Source: Macrostomum lignano
Taxonomy: Eukaryota
Direction: 5' to 3'
DNA length: 64,000 nucleotides
Assembly (NCBI GenBank): GCA_002269645.1
Contig: NIVC01002460.1
Location: 108,161-172,160 of the forward strand
Each line of letters opens with the position of its first letter. The stretch's first letter is position 1. The notes under the pieces were generated by a model that was not told where the DNA came from, did no database searches, and saw only the letters and a program-made list of their open reading frames with translations. This document shows positions 48,265-61,078 of the stretch, one piece after another. The position numbers and the translations under genes were made by a program.

Positions 48265-48354
48265 CTTTCTTCTTTCGAAACCGTTTCAGATGTCTCCGTT
48301 CTTGTCAAAAGTTTTTGCAGTTTGTGATTAATTGTTCTCTGGGGTCTGTTTGCC

Positions 48355-48690
48355 AGATCCTGAGGTAGACAGCCTATTAGATCCTGAGGTAGACAGCCTA
48401 CCAGATCCTGAGGTAGACAGCCTACCAGATCCAGAGGTAGACAGCCTACCAGATCCAAAGGTAGACAGCCTACCAGATCCAAAGGTAGACAGCCTACCAG
48501 ATTCAAAGGTTGACAGCCTACAATATCTAAAGTTAGGCAGCCTACCAGATCTAGAGGTAGACAACCTACCAGATTTAAAGGTAGACAGCCTACCAGTTCC
48601 AAATGTAGACAACCTACCAGATCCAAGGTAAAAAGTCTACCAAATTCAAATGGTAGACAGCCTACCAGATTCAAAGGTAGATAGCCTTCC
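48355..48690. repeat. 24-bp minisatellite GATCCTGAGGTAGACAGCCTACCA
   Basis: ~14 copies just 3' of the aftiphilin stop. Confidence 0.9.
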
Positions 48691-49142
48691 ATATTCAAAG
48701 GCTGTGCCAGCCGTAAAAGGCTTCAATTGGTATTTGTTGCAGCCATTGTGCCATGCATTACTGTATGGCACACTTACTTGTGTATACTTCCTTTTCATTC
48801 AGCCAATTACATAGAATCGCACACTGCATCACATGTTCAGATGCTTAATAGATTTTGTTTTCCCTTATCTCTTAACCTACTTGCACAAACTTGTTAAATT
48901 CTTTGCATAACTCAAATATTGAATTCATTCAGTTTGAATTTGTCCATTTCTGGCCTTAAACATGATTTTTGATGCTACACTTCTCCCGCTGTTGTGGTAA
49001 TCGGATGTGTTTTCTGTGTACAATATATTTAACGTCCAGTGTGTTTCGGCGCATGTCTGCATGACATTCCTTGATGAGTCGAGAGCTCGCGTTTAAACAA
49101 AAACATTTAAAAATATTGTTTTTGTCATGCTATGTGGAACTG

Positions 49143-50142
49143 GGGACATCCAAAACGGAACGGCCAATAGGGTTCTATGGCCCAGCGTTTTAATCAACTC
49201 GAGACAGCAAGCCTTAGACAACTTAATTTGTCATGAAATATGGAACGGTGAGCCATAATAGAAGGAGCGGTGAGCCAAAATAGAAGGAACGGTGAGCCAA
49301 AATAGAAGGAACGGTAAGCCAAAATAGAAGGAACGGTAAGCCAAAATAGAAGGAACGGTAAGCCAAAATAGAAGGGTAAGCCAAAATAGAAGGAACGGTA
49401 AGCCAAAATAGAAGGAACGATTTGAGCTTTTCACAGAGACAAGACGCTTTTATTTTCTAACGATTCGTCGCGCTAAGTTGCATAAATGGCACCGCAAATT
49501 TCTGTACGCGATCGACAGCGTATCATAGCCGCCTTTCATCGTGGACTGTCGATGACGGATGTTTCAGTTTTGTTAGGAGTATCCGAAACTTCTGTTCACC
49601 GCATTTGGTCAACATTCGAACAAGCCGGCAGATTAGAAGCTTTGCCTCGTGAAGGACGCAAGGAAGAAAGCTGCAAAATGGACGCAGATATGCAATTTTT
49701 TGCAACAAGAGGTGCAGCAAAATTCCTCTCTAACGCTAAAGTCAATGGCTGAGAAGCTGGTTGGAAGCTTTCCTGACAAGCCGCATGTGAGCCTTAAAAC
49801 AATTGATCGAGCAATGGATGGTTTGCTCTTTACGATCAAACTTGCTACCAAGGGGACGGATGTGCGCCAAAACACCTACCGAGTCGAAAGCCTCGACGCC
49901 AGAAGCGAATACGCTAACGAAGAATTGACCTTTTTATATTTGATGGTTTCAATTTGTGACTTAAAATGTGCTTCATTAATGTCTGTTTTTATTCTTTCTG
50001 TAAATAAAACTCAAACCGTTCCTTCTATTCCGGCTCATCGTTCCATATTGCATGACAAATCGAGTTGTCTATGGCTTGCTTTCCCCGAGTTAATTCAAAC
50101 ACTTGGCTATAGAATTCTATGGCCGTTCCGTTTTGTATGCCC
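49143..50142 (+). mobile_element. IS630/Tc1/mariner-type element, truncated (DNA-binding region only), ~125-bp diverged TIRs
   Basis: Left GGGACATCCAAAACGGAACGGCC...TTGTCATGAAATATGGAACGG vs reverse complement of right end GGGCATACAAAACGGAACGGCC...TTGTCATGCAATATGGAACG. ORF from 49486 (RDRQRIIAAFHRG...VSVLLGVSETSVHRIW) with a frameshift to TLKSMAEKL...VSLKTIDRAM...FTIK. No DDE motif. Confidence 0.8.
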
Positions 50143-50384
50143 GCTGTTACACATAGCACGACAAAAGCAATACCTGTGTTAAATTCTTTAGTCATTTTTT
50201 GCTGAATCGTCAAAATTTTACCAATCGTGCGCTATACATACCACTGATACGGCGCTTTAAGTAACAAAATACAGGCATGCGAAATTGACTAATAGGAGCT
50301 TGAATCCATGAGTCTCGTTATTGACGGGTTGGACAATTTTTGGAGCATGTGCTTTCTACATTGGAGATGTTAGAGGGCGGGAGC

Positions 50385-50905
50385 GGAAGGCAGAGAGCAG
50401 AAAGTAAAGAGATGAAAGCAGAGAGCGGAAAATAAAGAGCAAAGAGCGGAAAGTAGAGAGAGGAAAGCAGAGAGCGGAAAGTAGAGAGAGAGGAAAGCAG
50501 AGAGCGGAAAGTAGAGAGTGGAAAGCAGAGAGCGGAAAGCAGAAAGCGGAAAGTAGAGAAAAAAGAGCAGAGAGGGGGAAAAGAGAGAAGAGCGAAGCGG
50601 AAAGCAGAGAACGGAAATTAGAGAGAGAGAGAGAGAGAGCAGAGACCGGAAAGTAGTGAGCGGAGAGTAGAGAGAGGAGAGCAGAGACCGGAAAGTAGAG
50701 AGCGGAGAGTAGAGAGAGGGGGATTGGAGAGAGGAGAGCAGAGACCAGAAAGTAGTGAGCGGAGAGTAGAGAGAGGAGAGTAGAGAGGGGGGATTGGAGA
50801 GAGGAGAGCAGAGACCGGAAAGTAGTGAGCGGAAAGTAGAGAGAGGAGAGCAGAGACCGGAAAGTAGTGAGCGGAAAGTCGAGAGAGGAAAGCAGAAAAG
50901 GGGAG
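50385..50905. repeat. Purine-rich AGCAGAGAGCGGAAAGTAG-type repeat
   Basis: Degenerate tandem repeats. Confidence 0.85.
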
Positions 50906-51769
50906 CGGGAAAGGGTTTGAGCTGGGTTGCCGGATCAGGGCTTGAGTTCGTGAGCCCCATCACTAGCAGTTATACACTGCAAAAGTGTTAGCGGTAAACA
51001 AATCACTGATACGTACGAGTATTTGTCGAGCGTGGGATTCTTAGCCAGGCACTGACTGATAGCCTTGCTAATCCAGGCCTTTCTGCTTGACTTTAGTAGC
51101 GAAAAAGCCTCTTGTAGCAGTTTAGTTGAAGTTTGTCTCCGCTACCCTGTTTCTTATATTCCGAAGGGTACAAACGGTTGCAGCCTTCCCGTGAAATATG
51201 ATCTGGAGTCCAAAATTCAGGCGTCATTTAAAGACGCCCAGCAATTCGTGACCCTTTATGTTTTTTGATAACTGTTAAGGCTAATTAGTTTCGTCAACAG
51301 CAGCTGAAGCATGTGACAGAGAGAAGGGGGATGTTCGGAGCCATCTAAAAAAATTGATCGCTGAACTCTCGGTCTTCGGAGTTCAGGCGGTGCTCCAGTA
51401 AAATTCTTAAAGCTGCTGCTGCTGCTGTTGCTGTCCAGGATCTGGGCTAACAGGAAAGCGGATTGTGTTTGGAACAGTTGTAAAATATGAATTTGTTAAA
51501 CTTCTGAATGATTTGCCCGCTGCCTCTTCGAAATATAGGAATAAAAATTATGAATTTCAATTTGCTAAAATCGTTACAACAGCTGGTCTGCTAAAGGTTG
51601 ATTGTGCCCGAGAACCCCTGGGATCTGGGAACTAATTTAGATGCCTGAGCCAACGTGTAAATTGACTCGACTTCCACCAGATAAAGTTTGCTAGCAAATG
51701 GATAAACTTTTGAAACTGGGAGAGGTTAGCTTCAGATTGGGGTTTAAGGAGAATTTGCTGTAGGAAAGT

Positions 51770-52115
51770 CGAAGGGATAGAATGATTTTGAGAGTGAGAT
51801 GAAGGGATGGAATGATGCGGAGAGGGAGATGAAGGGATGGAATGATATGGAGAGGGAGATGAAGGGATGTATGATACGGAGAGGGAGATGAAGGGATGGA
51901 ATGATATGGAGAGGGAGATGAAGGGATGGAATGATATGGAGAGGGAGATGAAGGGATGGAATGATATGGAGAGGGAGATGAAGGGATAGAATGATATGGA
52001 GAGGGAGATGAAGGGATAGAATGATATGGAGACGGAGATGAAGGGATAGAATGATATGGAGAGGGAGATGAAGGGATAGAATGATATGGAGACGGAGATG
52101 AAGGGATAGAATCTC
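51770..52115. repeat. 30-bp minisatellite ATGATATGGAGAGGGAGATGAAGGGATGGA
   Basis: ~11 copies. Confidence 0.93.
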
Positions 52116-52827
52116 CATAAAAGTCGAAATTCCATAAAAAATTCCTGGAGTCAAAGGCGCATTTTTTACTGCGATGACGCGCTGGTGGCATGCACTGACC
52201 GCTTGCGCGCAGTTCCGGTTATTAATGAGACGCAAGCGCTCGAGAATAAGCAATTTTATGCAGGAATTCAAGAGTGCTGCCTTGGCTATTCTGTAGGCCT
52301 ATAGGCTCGGCCATGTGTTAAAAGAATATAAATGGTCAGTCAGTGAAGTGGGGAGCCTGCGACATGATCGAGAGGTGCATGTTCCTCAATCTCCCTGCCC
52401 TCTCTAGAAGAGACACGCCATCCATTTTAGCCCGAGCGGAGCCCGAGGGGGGCCTCCAGAAACTCAGATTGATGGCCCTGAAGGCCCGCTGCTTGCGGTC
52501 GCATTCCATCCGTGATCTACATCCCCGATCTACGACACGTGTGCGCTCTAGGCGACCACACTGTCCTCGTGAGGGATCGGGAAGGAATGCGGCTTCACTT
52601 TTCAAGCATCTTTCAATTTCGATTCTCTATTCCTAGCAATCATTTCTGCTGCTGTTTCTTGTCCTTGTTTGAACGGAACTGACCGGAGAGTTTCTTGGGT
52701 GCAAGCTTTCTTAGAAATTAATTGTTTTTTTGTTTAAACTGGCAAAGGTTGCAAAGTGGTTGCGCTAATTGTAGGTCTTCTATGCTAGGGGGCTTGGGTT
52801 CGTATCCGTGGCATCACAGATACGGTA

Positions 52828-53180
52828 GCTTGTTGTCATGGATACTGTGGCTTGTTGTCATGGACACTGTGGCTTGTTGTCATGCATACTGTGGCTTGTT
52901 GTCATAGATACTGTGGCTTGTTGTCATGGATACTGTGGCTTGTTGTCATGGATACGATGGCTTGTTGTCACGGATACTGTGGCTTGTTGTCCCGGATACC
53001 GTGGCTTGTTGTCACGGATACAGTGGCTTGTTGTCACGGATACTGTTGGCTTGTTGTCATGGATACTGTAGCTTGTTGTTATGGATACGGTGGCTTGTTG
53101 TACGGATACAGTAGGTTGTTTTCATGGATACGGCAGCTTGTTGTCATGGCTATGGTAGCTTGCTGACATGGATACGGTGG
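52828..53180. repeat. 22-bp minisatellite GTCATGGATACTGTGGCTTGTT
   Basis: ~15 copies. Confidence 0.9.
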
Positions 53181-53402
53181 CTTGTTGCCTTGGATTGCAT
53201 AGATCAGGGATCAATGCTTGTAATAAAATTTTCGAATTTCTCCAGGCTCAGGCAGCAAAACAAACATGCGGATGAGAAAATTGTAAACACCCTCCATCGA
53301 GGCAGGAATAACAGATGAGGTGGATCAGCTCGCGAAGATTATTCTAGAATGGTCCGGTGGAATGCGGAAAGTGCAGCCTTCGCTGATTTGCCCATTTCTC
53401 AC

Positions 53403-53525
53403 CTGGATGTCTCGCTGGCAGGCGTGATTTACAACTGCCCGAGGGGAGAGCCCAAACTGGCAGTTCTGAAAGAAGAAAACAAGAGAACCAGTGGAGAGAG
53501 ATATTACAGCAAGCAGCCACAGCCC
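53403..53525 (-). CDS. Candidate orphan internal exon (41 aa, hydrophobic)
   Basis: TTCCAG|GGG...CAG|GTGAGA, 123 nt, phase 0-0; GLWLLAVISLSTGSLVFFFQNCQFGLSPRAVVNHACQRDIQ; lies between minisatellites like other exons here. No homolog recognised. Confidence 0.3.
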
Positions 53526-53789
53526 CTGGAATGTTGATGATGACAAATGACATTCCATCATGAACTGCTTGGCCTATGCAAGCGGAAATGTCAGATGTTT
53601 CCACATTAGAAAATTCCTGAGTGCCCAGGCAAAATTCTCATTCATACATTTCTCTTCTCGGCTTCTTCATTCTTTTGGATTGCAGCTCCATCTTTCCCAT
53701 TGCATAAGCTCACGTACTCCACCTTCCATCCTTTGATCTCCCTTCATCTCGCTTTTCTCTCTCGTGTTTTTTGCTCCTTTTTCTCCGCT

Positions 53790-54356
53790 GTTACCCCCTT
53801 CATCTCTCTGCTCCCCCTTTATCTCCCTGCTCTCCCTTCATCTCTCTGCTCCCCCTTTATCTCCCTGCTCTCCCTTCATCTCCTTACTCCCTTCATCTCC
53901 CTGCTCCCCCTTCATCTCCCCTGCTCCCCCTTCATCTCCCTGCCCCCCTTCATCTCCCCTGCTCCCCCTTCATCTCCCCTGCTCCCCCTTCATCTCCCTG
54001 CTCTCCCTTCATCTCCCTGCTCTCCCTTCATCTCCCTGCTCCCCCTTCATCTCCCTGCTCCCCCTTCATCTCCCTGCTCTCCCTTTATCTCCCCTGCTCT
54101 CCATTCATCTCCCTGCTCTCCCTTCATCTCCCCTGCTCTCCATTCATCTCCCTGCTCTCCCTTCATCTCCCCTCCTTCCCCTTCATCTCTCTTTCTTCCC
54201 CTTCATGTGGGAGAAGATTCTCCTTTATCTTCTCAACTCCTCTTTCATTTCACCTCTGTACCCCTGTCCCATATAACCAACCCCTATCCGACACTCTTTC
54301 TTCTCACTTAATATTCCCAATCCTTTCGTTAGCATTCTTCCCCTTGCCTTCCACGG

Positions 54357-54435
<79 letters not shown>
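53790..54435. repeat. CTCCCCTTCATCTCCCTG-type repeat (53790-54200) and (CT)n microsatellite (54360-54435)
   Basis: Read directly. Confidence 0.9.
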
Positions 54436-54879
54436 GTTAAAGCAATGTAACAATTATAAGCACTAATATAATTTTGCAGCACTGTATCAGTGGCATATTT
54501 TAGAGGACATCTGCAGCCAGTGTCCTTCCGTTCTTTAGAAAGTTAATTTTCAAAACTTTGTTCAACATCGCCCCTCCATCACTCTACGCCGTGGCATTTA
54601 GACACGGCAAGGCAATCAATCCCAAAACTTTGCGATTCTATAGCAGCTTATCACTGCGTCGAGATGAATTCCATTTTGTTTACAGCGCTGGCCCCAATCT
54701 ACATCTAGATAGATCCGAAAAAACACAGGGTGGCCATGCAAAATATCATCTTTAATAGAGATTTGAAGGGCGAATTGTAGTCTGTGCGGCCTGATGATTA
54801 ACGATTGCTATCGATACGAAAGTAGGAGGGCTAATGCAGGATGCAATACATTTTCCACGATCGAGATTAGAGACTTTGG

Positions 54880-55362
54880 GGAGATTAAAGTTGTTGGGGG
54901 AGATTAAGGTTGCTGGGTGAGTTTTAGGATGCTGGGTGAGTTCTAGGATGCTGGGGGAGTTTTAGGATGCTGGGTGAGTTTTAGGATGCTGGGTGAGTTT
55001 TAGGATGCTGGGTGAGATTAATGAGGCAGGGTAAGATAGTGGATGCTGGGTGAGATGGAAGATGCTGTTTGGGACGGAAGATGCTGGGTGAGATGGAGGA
55101 TGCTGGATGACATGGAGGATGCTGGGTGAGATGGAGGATGCTGGATGACATGGAGGATGCTGGGTGAGATGGAGGATGCTGGGTGAGATGGAGGATGCTG
55201 GATGACATGGAGGATGCTGGGTGAGATGGAGGATGCTGGGTGAGATGGAGGATGCTGGATGACATGGAGGATGCTGGGTGAGATGGAGGATGCTGGATGA
55301 CATGGAGGATGCTGGGTGAGATGGAGGATGCTGGGTGACATGGAGGATGCTGGGTGAGATGG
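54880..55362. repeat. GGATGCTGGGTGAGATGGA-type minisatellite
   Basis: Tandem periodicity. Confidence 0.9.
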
Positions 55363-56877
55363 AGTTCTTTTTCAGAATGGCTCTCATCAGGAAAGGTAAT
55401 TAAACAAGTCAAACATTTATCTGATCCTGTTTAACTTCCACTCAGTTGGAGCTCATTTATTTTGTTCATCAGCGGGACTTGATGGGGATAAAACGACCCT
55501 AACCCGAAGCAAAACAACTCCTTAGAAACAAACACAGGTTGCCTCAGTTTTACGCTAAAAATAAGCTTCAAAGCTTAGAAAACATATAGACTAAGCACTT
55601 CTTGCATAACCAGAGCAAAATATCAGTTAAATATTGCTCAACCAACTGCTGCTATTGACCAAATCAAATAAAATTGATGAAAAAATGAACAGGATATGGA
55701 ATTTCTCCGGTGAAAACATTATTAGAGTCACTCGAGGCGCCTTCAAAGTGACCAGAAATAGTTGCAGTGCAGTGCAGTGCTTCATCGGTTTATAATTGTC
55801 GACAGATAAATGATAGATATTTAATGAGGCTAGCAGATATTGTTAAGAACTCATGGCTGATGACGAATCAGACAGGTGAGCGTGACGGGGGCGGATTAAA
55901 TTATAACTGAAAGCATGTGAATCTGTGCAGTTGGGCTGTCAGGCAGGAGACAGAGCAACTGCAGTTTAGCTAAAAACACACGCTAATGTATAAAAATTAA
56001 TAGTTAATAATTATTACTAGAAAAACATCTGTTGTGACTATTTGAAAGCATTCCGATAATATAGATGGAAGGAAAAATGGTCAACTCATGAACCATATAT
56101 TGTTATTAAAGCAGAAAAGCATGTTTTCCTTGTTTCATTGCGAGCCAGTATTAGCCTTTTCAATTCTTTTAATAATTTTTCATTCCAATCTTTCATCTAA
56201 ATTTATTATTTTGCCGATAAATTCATAACTTTCGAGTTGGTTCGGCTAAAAGTGGCTACAAAATTGGCTTGATCAGTTTGAAAGCCCAGAGCGCGCCACG
56301 TTAATGCAGAGAGAGGTGAGTAGCAATGAGTGGTATAAAAAATATACGATGCAAAAATGAAGAAGCCTTGTTACTAGGGAAAGATGCGGGTGCGACGTCA
56401 GAGTGAGCTCCGATAAGAGGCGCACTTCGCCCGAATGGTGCAGAATGCTCGTAGAAAGGCAAATCGGGATGTCTTTCGCTTCAATTGGTGGGGCTGTTTC
56501 TCTAAAATATAATAGTAAACCGGTACGCGCGATTGCCAATCAGTTTAACAAATTTAATAGTAAACATGGTATAACAAATTGTAATAGCGAAAGAGACGCG
56601 GGCAATCGATAAATTAAGAGTTGAGTGCGAGAAGAAACTCAATCGAATAAATGACAATGACGAACCGACGGAAAGCGCGGACGAGTGGTGTTGCCGATTG
56701 CTAAGCAGTTGCGAGCATTGAGAATATTCGAGCCCATTTTCTGTCCAACTTTTGCATTCCCAACAGCATATCATTAATTGTCAGTTTACAGAAGTTACAC
56801 TTCGACTCGTTAAGCCCTCAGTCCCGTGCTGTCTGATCACTCCGGTTCCCGTTTAAGACCCTTCGGCGTCTGTCGCT

Positions 56878-58881
56878 TCAAGCGCAGGTGCAAGTCTCAG
56901 CGGACAAGTCCTTGATAGTCTTGAGCTGCACGTTGCTGCCGCCACCGGGTTTGCGAACCACTGTCAGTACCTGGAAGTCCCGATAGGTGTTGGCCACGCA
57001 GCAGAGGCTGATCTCCTCTCGGGTTGCATGGCTCAGCTGGCTTGTCTGACTGTGGCTAAAGATCTGCAGCAGCGAGCTGTGAGCGTTGTTCACTTCGGAC
57101 TGGCCGTGGCCTGTCAAAGGGGGAATTGGTTTAGCAAAAATGCAGCCAAATAATCACTCAATGGTTGCCCAGCAAAACTGGCATGAAATCCGAATTCAAC
57201 TAGGAGGTTACTCACATTCTCCAGTGCAGTAGTTGATTTGAAGCTGACGCGGCGCCAGCACAGCACTCTGGTGGATTAGGTCGTACGTGAAGTCCATCAT
57301 ACAGCAGGACACCTGACCATGTCGCATGCGCATCTTCTCAAGGATGCACTTTTGCGTCTTAGTGATGTCCTTGCTGGACGTTACGTTGTTGAACAATGAG
57401 GCGGCGGCTACTTCAAATGGCCAGGGCTCTCTGCTTGCTTCGCGCTTCTGCCGGTCATTCTGCTGGTCCTCTGGTCCAGTTGTCTCTCTAATGCGGACTT
57501 TGCAATCCATCACCAGGTAGGCCACGTTCAAGTCACTTTTAGTTTTGCATTGAGGACATTCGATCAAGAAAAACAGTTCGATCTGGTCACCGCTCTGTGG
57601 CGAAAAAAATTTCGTGATAATCGGCTTAACATCTGCGCTGAAGTCCACTGAGATCTCGTCCATGGCTGCTGCTGACAGAATCACATTCTTGGTTCTCGTA
57701 GCCCCGGGACTCAACAAAGTATCGGACGCATTGCTGAGCTGGTAGACTGAAATTCGCATGGCTTTCACTAGGGGACGCGACTTCGGCGTCAGATGGACGC
57801 TCATGCTCAGCTTAGTAATGCGCTGCTCGCTGATGGACCTGTCAATTATGAAGCTCCAACCATGGTGCTCCCTGCCTGCCAGATCTTGAATCGTCTCTGT
57901 GGGATTTTAGCGATATCTCATCAGCTACTGAGAATAATGCGAGAAAGATTCAAGTTTCTCAGTTGATAATTGCCCTTCTAGCTCCTGCCTACATGTACCT
58001 GCTAGGAGGAAAGCTGGCTCGTAAATGAAAACCATGGAACAGATTGAGATCTTTGATAGTAGTTAAGAGACAAAGCCTCTTGTTTAAGTAGTTTCGTATT
58101 CGGGGCTGGTCCACTCAGTTGGTCCACCTGTCGAGACGGGAATGTCCTAATTAGTTCCAATTACGTGTCGATTCGAAATTCTTCGAGCACTAGACACTAA
58201 TGACCACCTCTGCAAGGAGTGCCCATATGTCTCTTTTATTCCTAAACTGTCGTTTTGACAAAGTCAACCGCCCGTCCTTGCCACACTGTATAACCTTAAC
58301 AGTTGGTTTCTTTCATGGCCCAAAGGCAACTTTAATAGGGTAGCAACTAAAAACTTACTTGGCGTTCCGATAAAGATGGACTCCTCAAACTTGCGCGTCA
58401 TTGGCCTCGCGTTCCACTTGTACACGCGCGTTAAAATGGCATCCGGTATGCGCGTGAGGAGGTCCTCTTTCTCGCTGACATCTAGCAGTACGTCACCCTT
58501 GCTGATGCCCAGGTTTTCGTACAGTAGATTAGTGACCCTGTCCGACATTGATTGCTGCTTTAAATAGACGCCCATATAAGCATCGCGCAGAAACTTCCGC
58601 CACGTACTGACGGTCATGTTGGAGAGTCCTTCGTACTTCAGGTTAATCCGACGTAGTTCTTCCCTGATGATGTCGCTAATCACTCGGCCATCCTTAGTTG
58701 TCCCCGCATTCGAGTAAAATTCCTTGTGCAGAAATGACACGGCGTCCTCCTCCGTGCTGCTGCTCACTAGAGGCTCCGGAGTGGCGAATGTTGTTGGCGC
58801 TGGCGCAGAGTCAGCGCAGAGCAGGCAGCCGCACAGGCAGATGGCGGCGGCCAAGCACAGGCAACGGGAACTCAGAGACAT
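56878..58881 (-). CDS. TGF-beta superfamily ligand, activin/inhibin-beta/myostatin class, 478 aa, 3 coding exons
   Basis: complement(join(56878..57110,57216..57896,58359..58881)); both introns phase 1 GT-AG; 1437 nt in frame. Signal peptide; prodomain with ECPQC; furin site RQKR; mature domain C..CC..CTGEC..CC..CTC (9 Cys). Confidence 0.9.
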
Positions 58882-60582
58882 GACTTTTTGCTGTCGAATT
58901 GGGGTTTGTTTCCAATTTGGTTAAAGCAACGTTCCTAACAGCTCATTTATAATGACAGAATCTGAGGCTCAGAAATAGTTAACTTACCGTTCGAATTCGA
59001 GACAGGTTTGGTCGGACAAACAAAACGAACCGCCGCACCAGTGGAACAAGCGTGAGAGCAGTGGGTCCTCGCCGCGGCCGCCAACTGGTCGAGTTTTTAT
59101 AGACGATCGGGACCCAGGAGGTGTTGGCGTTGATTGAAGAGAGGGGGGCTTGGAGTGGGCAGGGAGGCAAGCAGTCGCAAATAGAGACGGACTGCGGTTG
59201 GAGGCTGGGTTCAACCAACCCCAGTTCGATCTCCCCGAAAAAAAATCGCTGCATTCCTTAATAGCTTCAACCCCGAGCTGCCGTACTCTGCATGAATTCG
59301 CGACCAATAAGTCATTCTGGATGGCTAACATTTACAGGGCAGCAGATTTTTGCATCATTCGCACCGGCCCTAAATTCCAGCTTCGAATTCTTGCGCATTC
59401 CAGGGTTCCACCTTTCACTCGGAAAAAAAGAGTTTACATACTACTGCTTTGTTGCTAAATCAGTAATATATACTGATTAAATTGTAGATAGCTTTGCATG
59501 AAATTCCGGTCGAACCAATTTGGCTTATTTGCCTATATTCTAAACAGCACTTTTGCGATTAGGGCTTGTTGTTTCGACCGGTTTATTAGTTTCTTAGTTT
59601 CTTAGGTTTCTATGATTTCTAGGTTTCTTAGAAAAAGTATAAGGAAAAGAAAAAAAGGGAAAAGAAATAAGGAAAGCTTGCCAGGGATTGAGCTGGCAAG
59701 TTCGAAGAAAATCGGTCAAGCCTTTTGGGAGATAATCGATTGCGTACAAGCAAGCAAGATTTTCATTTTTAGTATATGGATTGTTTTCAGATTTAATAGC
59801 CATTCTACTCGCCTAAAGAATTATTAACCTAGCATTGCCTACTACTAGTAGTATAAGAATGCGTACCAAATAAATGTGAGATTACTATGTACTCGTAAAA
59901 TAACTCAAAGGAAGGATTTACTGTACAACAAAACAGTAAATTTCTTATTTAATTGGGCAACGCACGACGGCCTTTCCGCTCCAATTAATGAAGATTTTAG
60001 GATCAAGCAACCTATAATCTTGAAGCTGATCTGAAGCAGCCTCTCACATAGACATAGGCACATACACTTGGGGTGTATTAGGCTCATCTCATTGGCATTA
60101 AGACAGAGGTAAAATTCGATTTTTTTCTAAACTTGCAGCTACAGCTCGGAGTGTCACGAGGCATAAATAAATTGACAATCGGAAGAGAATTCAATGCGGT
60201 CCGATTCCCACATATGCATTCCATATTCTACATATACATGAATTTGGGTTAATCCTAGGGGAAATTCCTAGGGGGGGATCCTAGAACTCTAGGAGCAATC
60301 CAAGCTAGCCAAGGGGCAACTAAACGGGGAATTATAGGGACATGCATGCCCACCTTCGAAATTTCACCTGGCCGTACGTGCGACTTACTTTTTGATCAAA
60401 AAATGCGACTTACCTATGAAAGAAAGCAAAAATGAGCTGGTAACGTAATTTTGAGTAAGCGGCAAGAGTAACTATAACTGTATTATAAAGGTTAAATGCC
60501 TCGTCATCTAATTAGTACTCCGTGTGTATTTTTTCGGGTCAGCGTTTTCGCGACTTACCTTGGCCAGACCTCTTGGCCCAGG

Positions 60583-61078
60583 CTGTCCCCTGTCCTTCCT
60601 CCGCCCTGCGCAAGACCCTGCTTGGACTCAACCGCATGGACATCAGGGCGGTGACCATGGCCCTCTCGGCTCATGGCTGTTTTGCCAGGCATCGCTACCT
60701 CCAGGGAAAAATCCGCAGTGGGAATGCCCATTCTGCCTCTCCGGTGTCGAGAATGCGGAGCATTTCATCTGTGAATGCCCCGCCTTTGCTCAGGACAGGC
60801 TCACCTACCTCGGCCCAAACCCGGACCTTTCCGACGTTTTCAGGCCCGAGAATCTCTGCCAGCTCGTCCGCTACCTAAGGGCTTACCGGGCGAGCGACAG
60901 TCCACCTCCTGGACTCTCCGGGGGGGGGGACACCGCGCTGCGGACACCGGCACCACCAGAACTCCCTGCGCGACACCGCAGCACTAGCTGCCCGTGGTTG
61001 CCAGGGCTTAGCGAAATGGGTGGCAACGCCTCCTCGCTGTTTCCGGACGCACGGAACCCCCTGCAGCTAGCTAAGTCA
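60583..61078 (+). mobile_element. 5'-truncated LINE (I/LOA-group-like) 3' end
   Basis: [25 protein letters not shown]..., then (1-nt frameshift) [22 protein letters not shown] = ORF2 C-terminal CCHC. Flanked by a 17-bp direct repeat AGACCTCTTGGCCCAGG (60566-60582 and 61079-61095). Confidence 0.8.

Noticed and set aside
54791-54825. Hammerhead-like CTGATGA...GAAA
   Set aside because: Stem II lacks the closing R-Y pair and I found no stem III partner with a UH cleavage site.
14917-55412. Dozens of repetitive ORFs (EWVSEG, QLAS, YPECCC, CPHHLP, GWQPIKDH, SISFYPF and others)
   Set aside because: They are translations of minisatellites, open in several frames or strands at once, located in introns or intergenic DNA, with no splice or start context.
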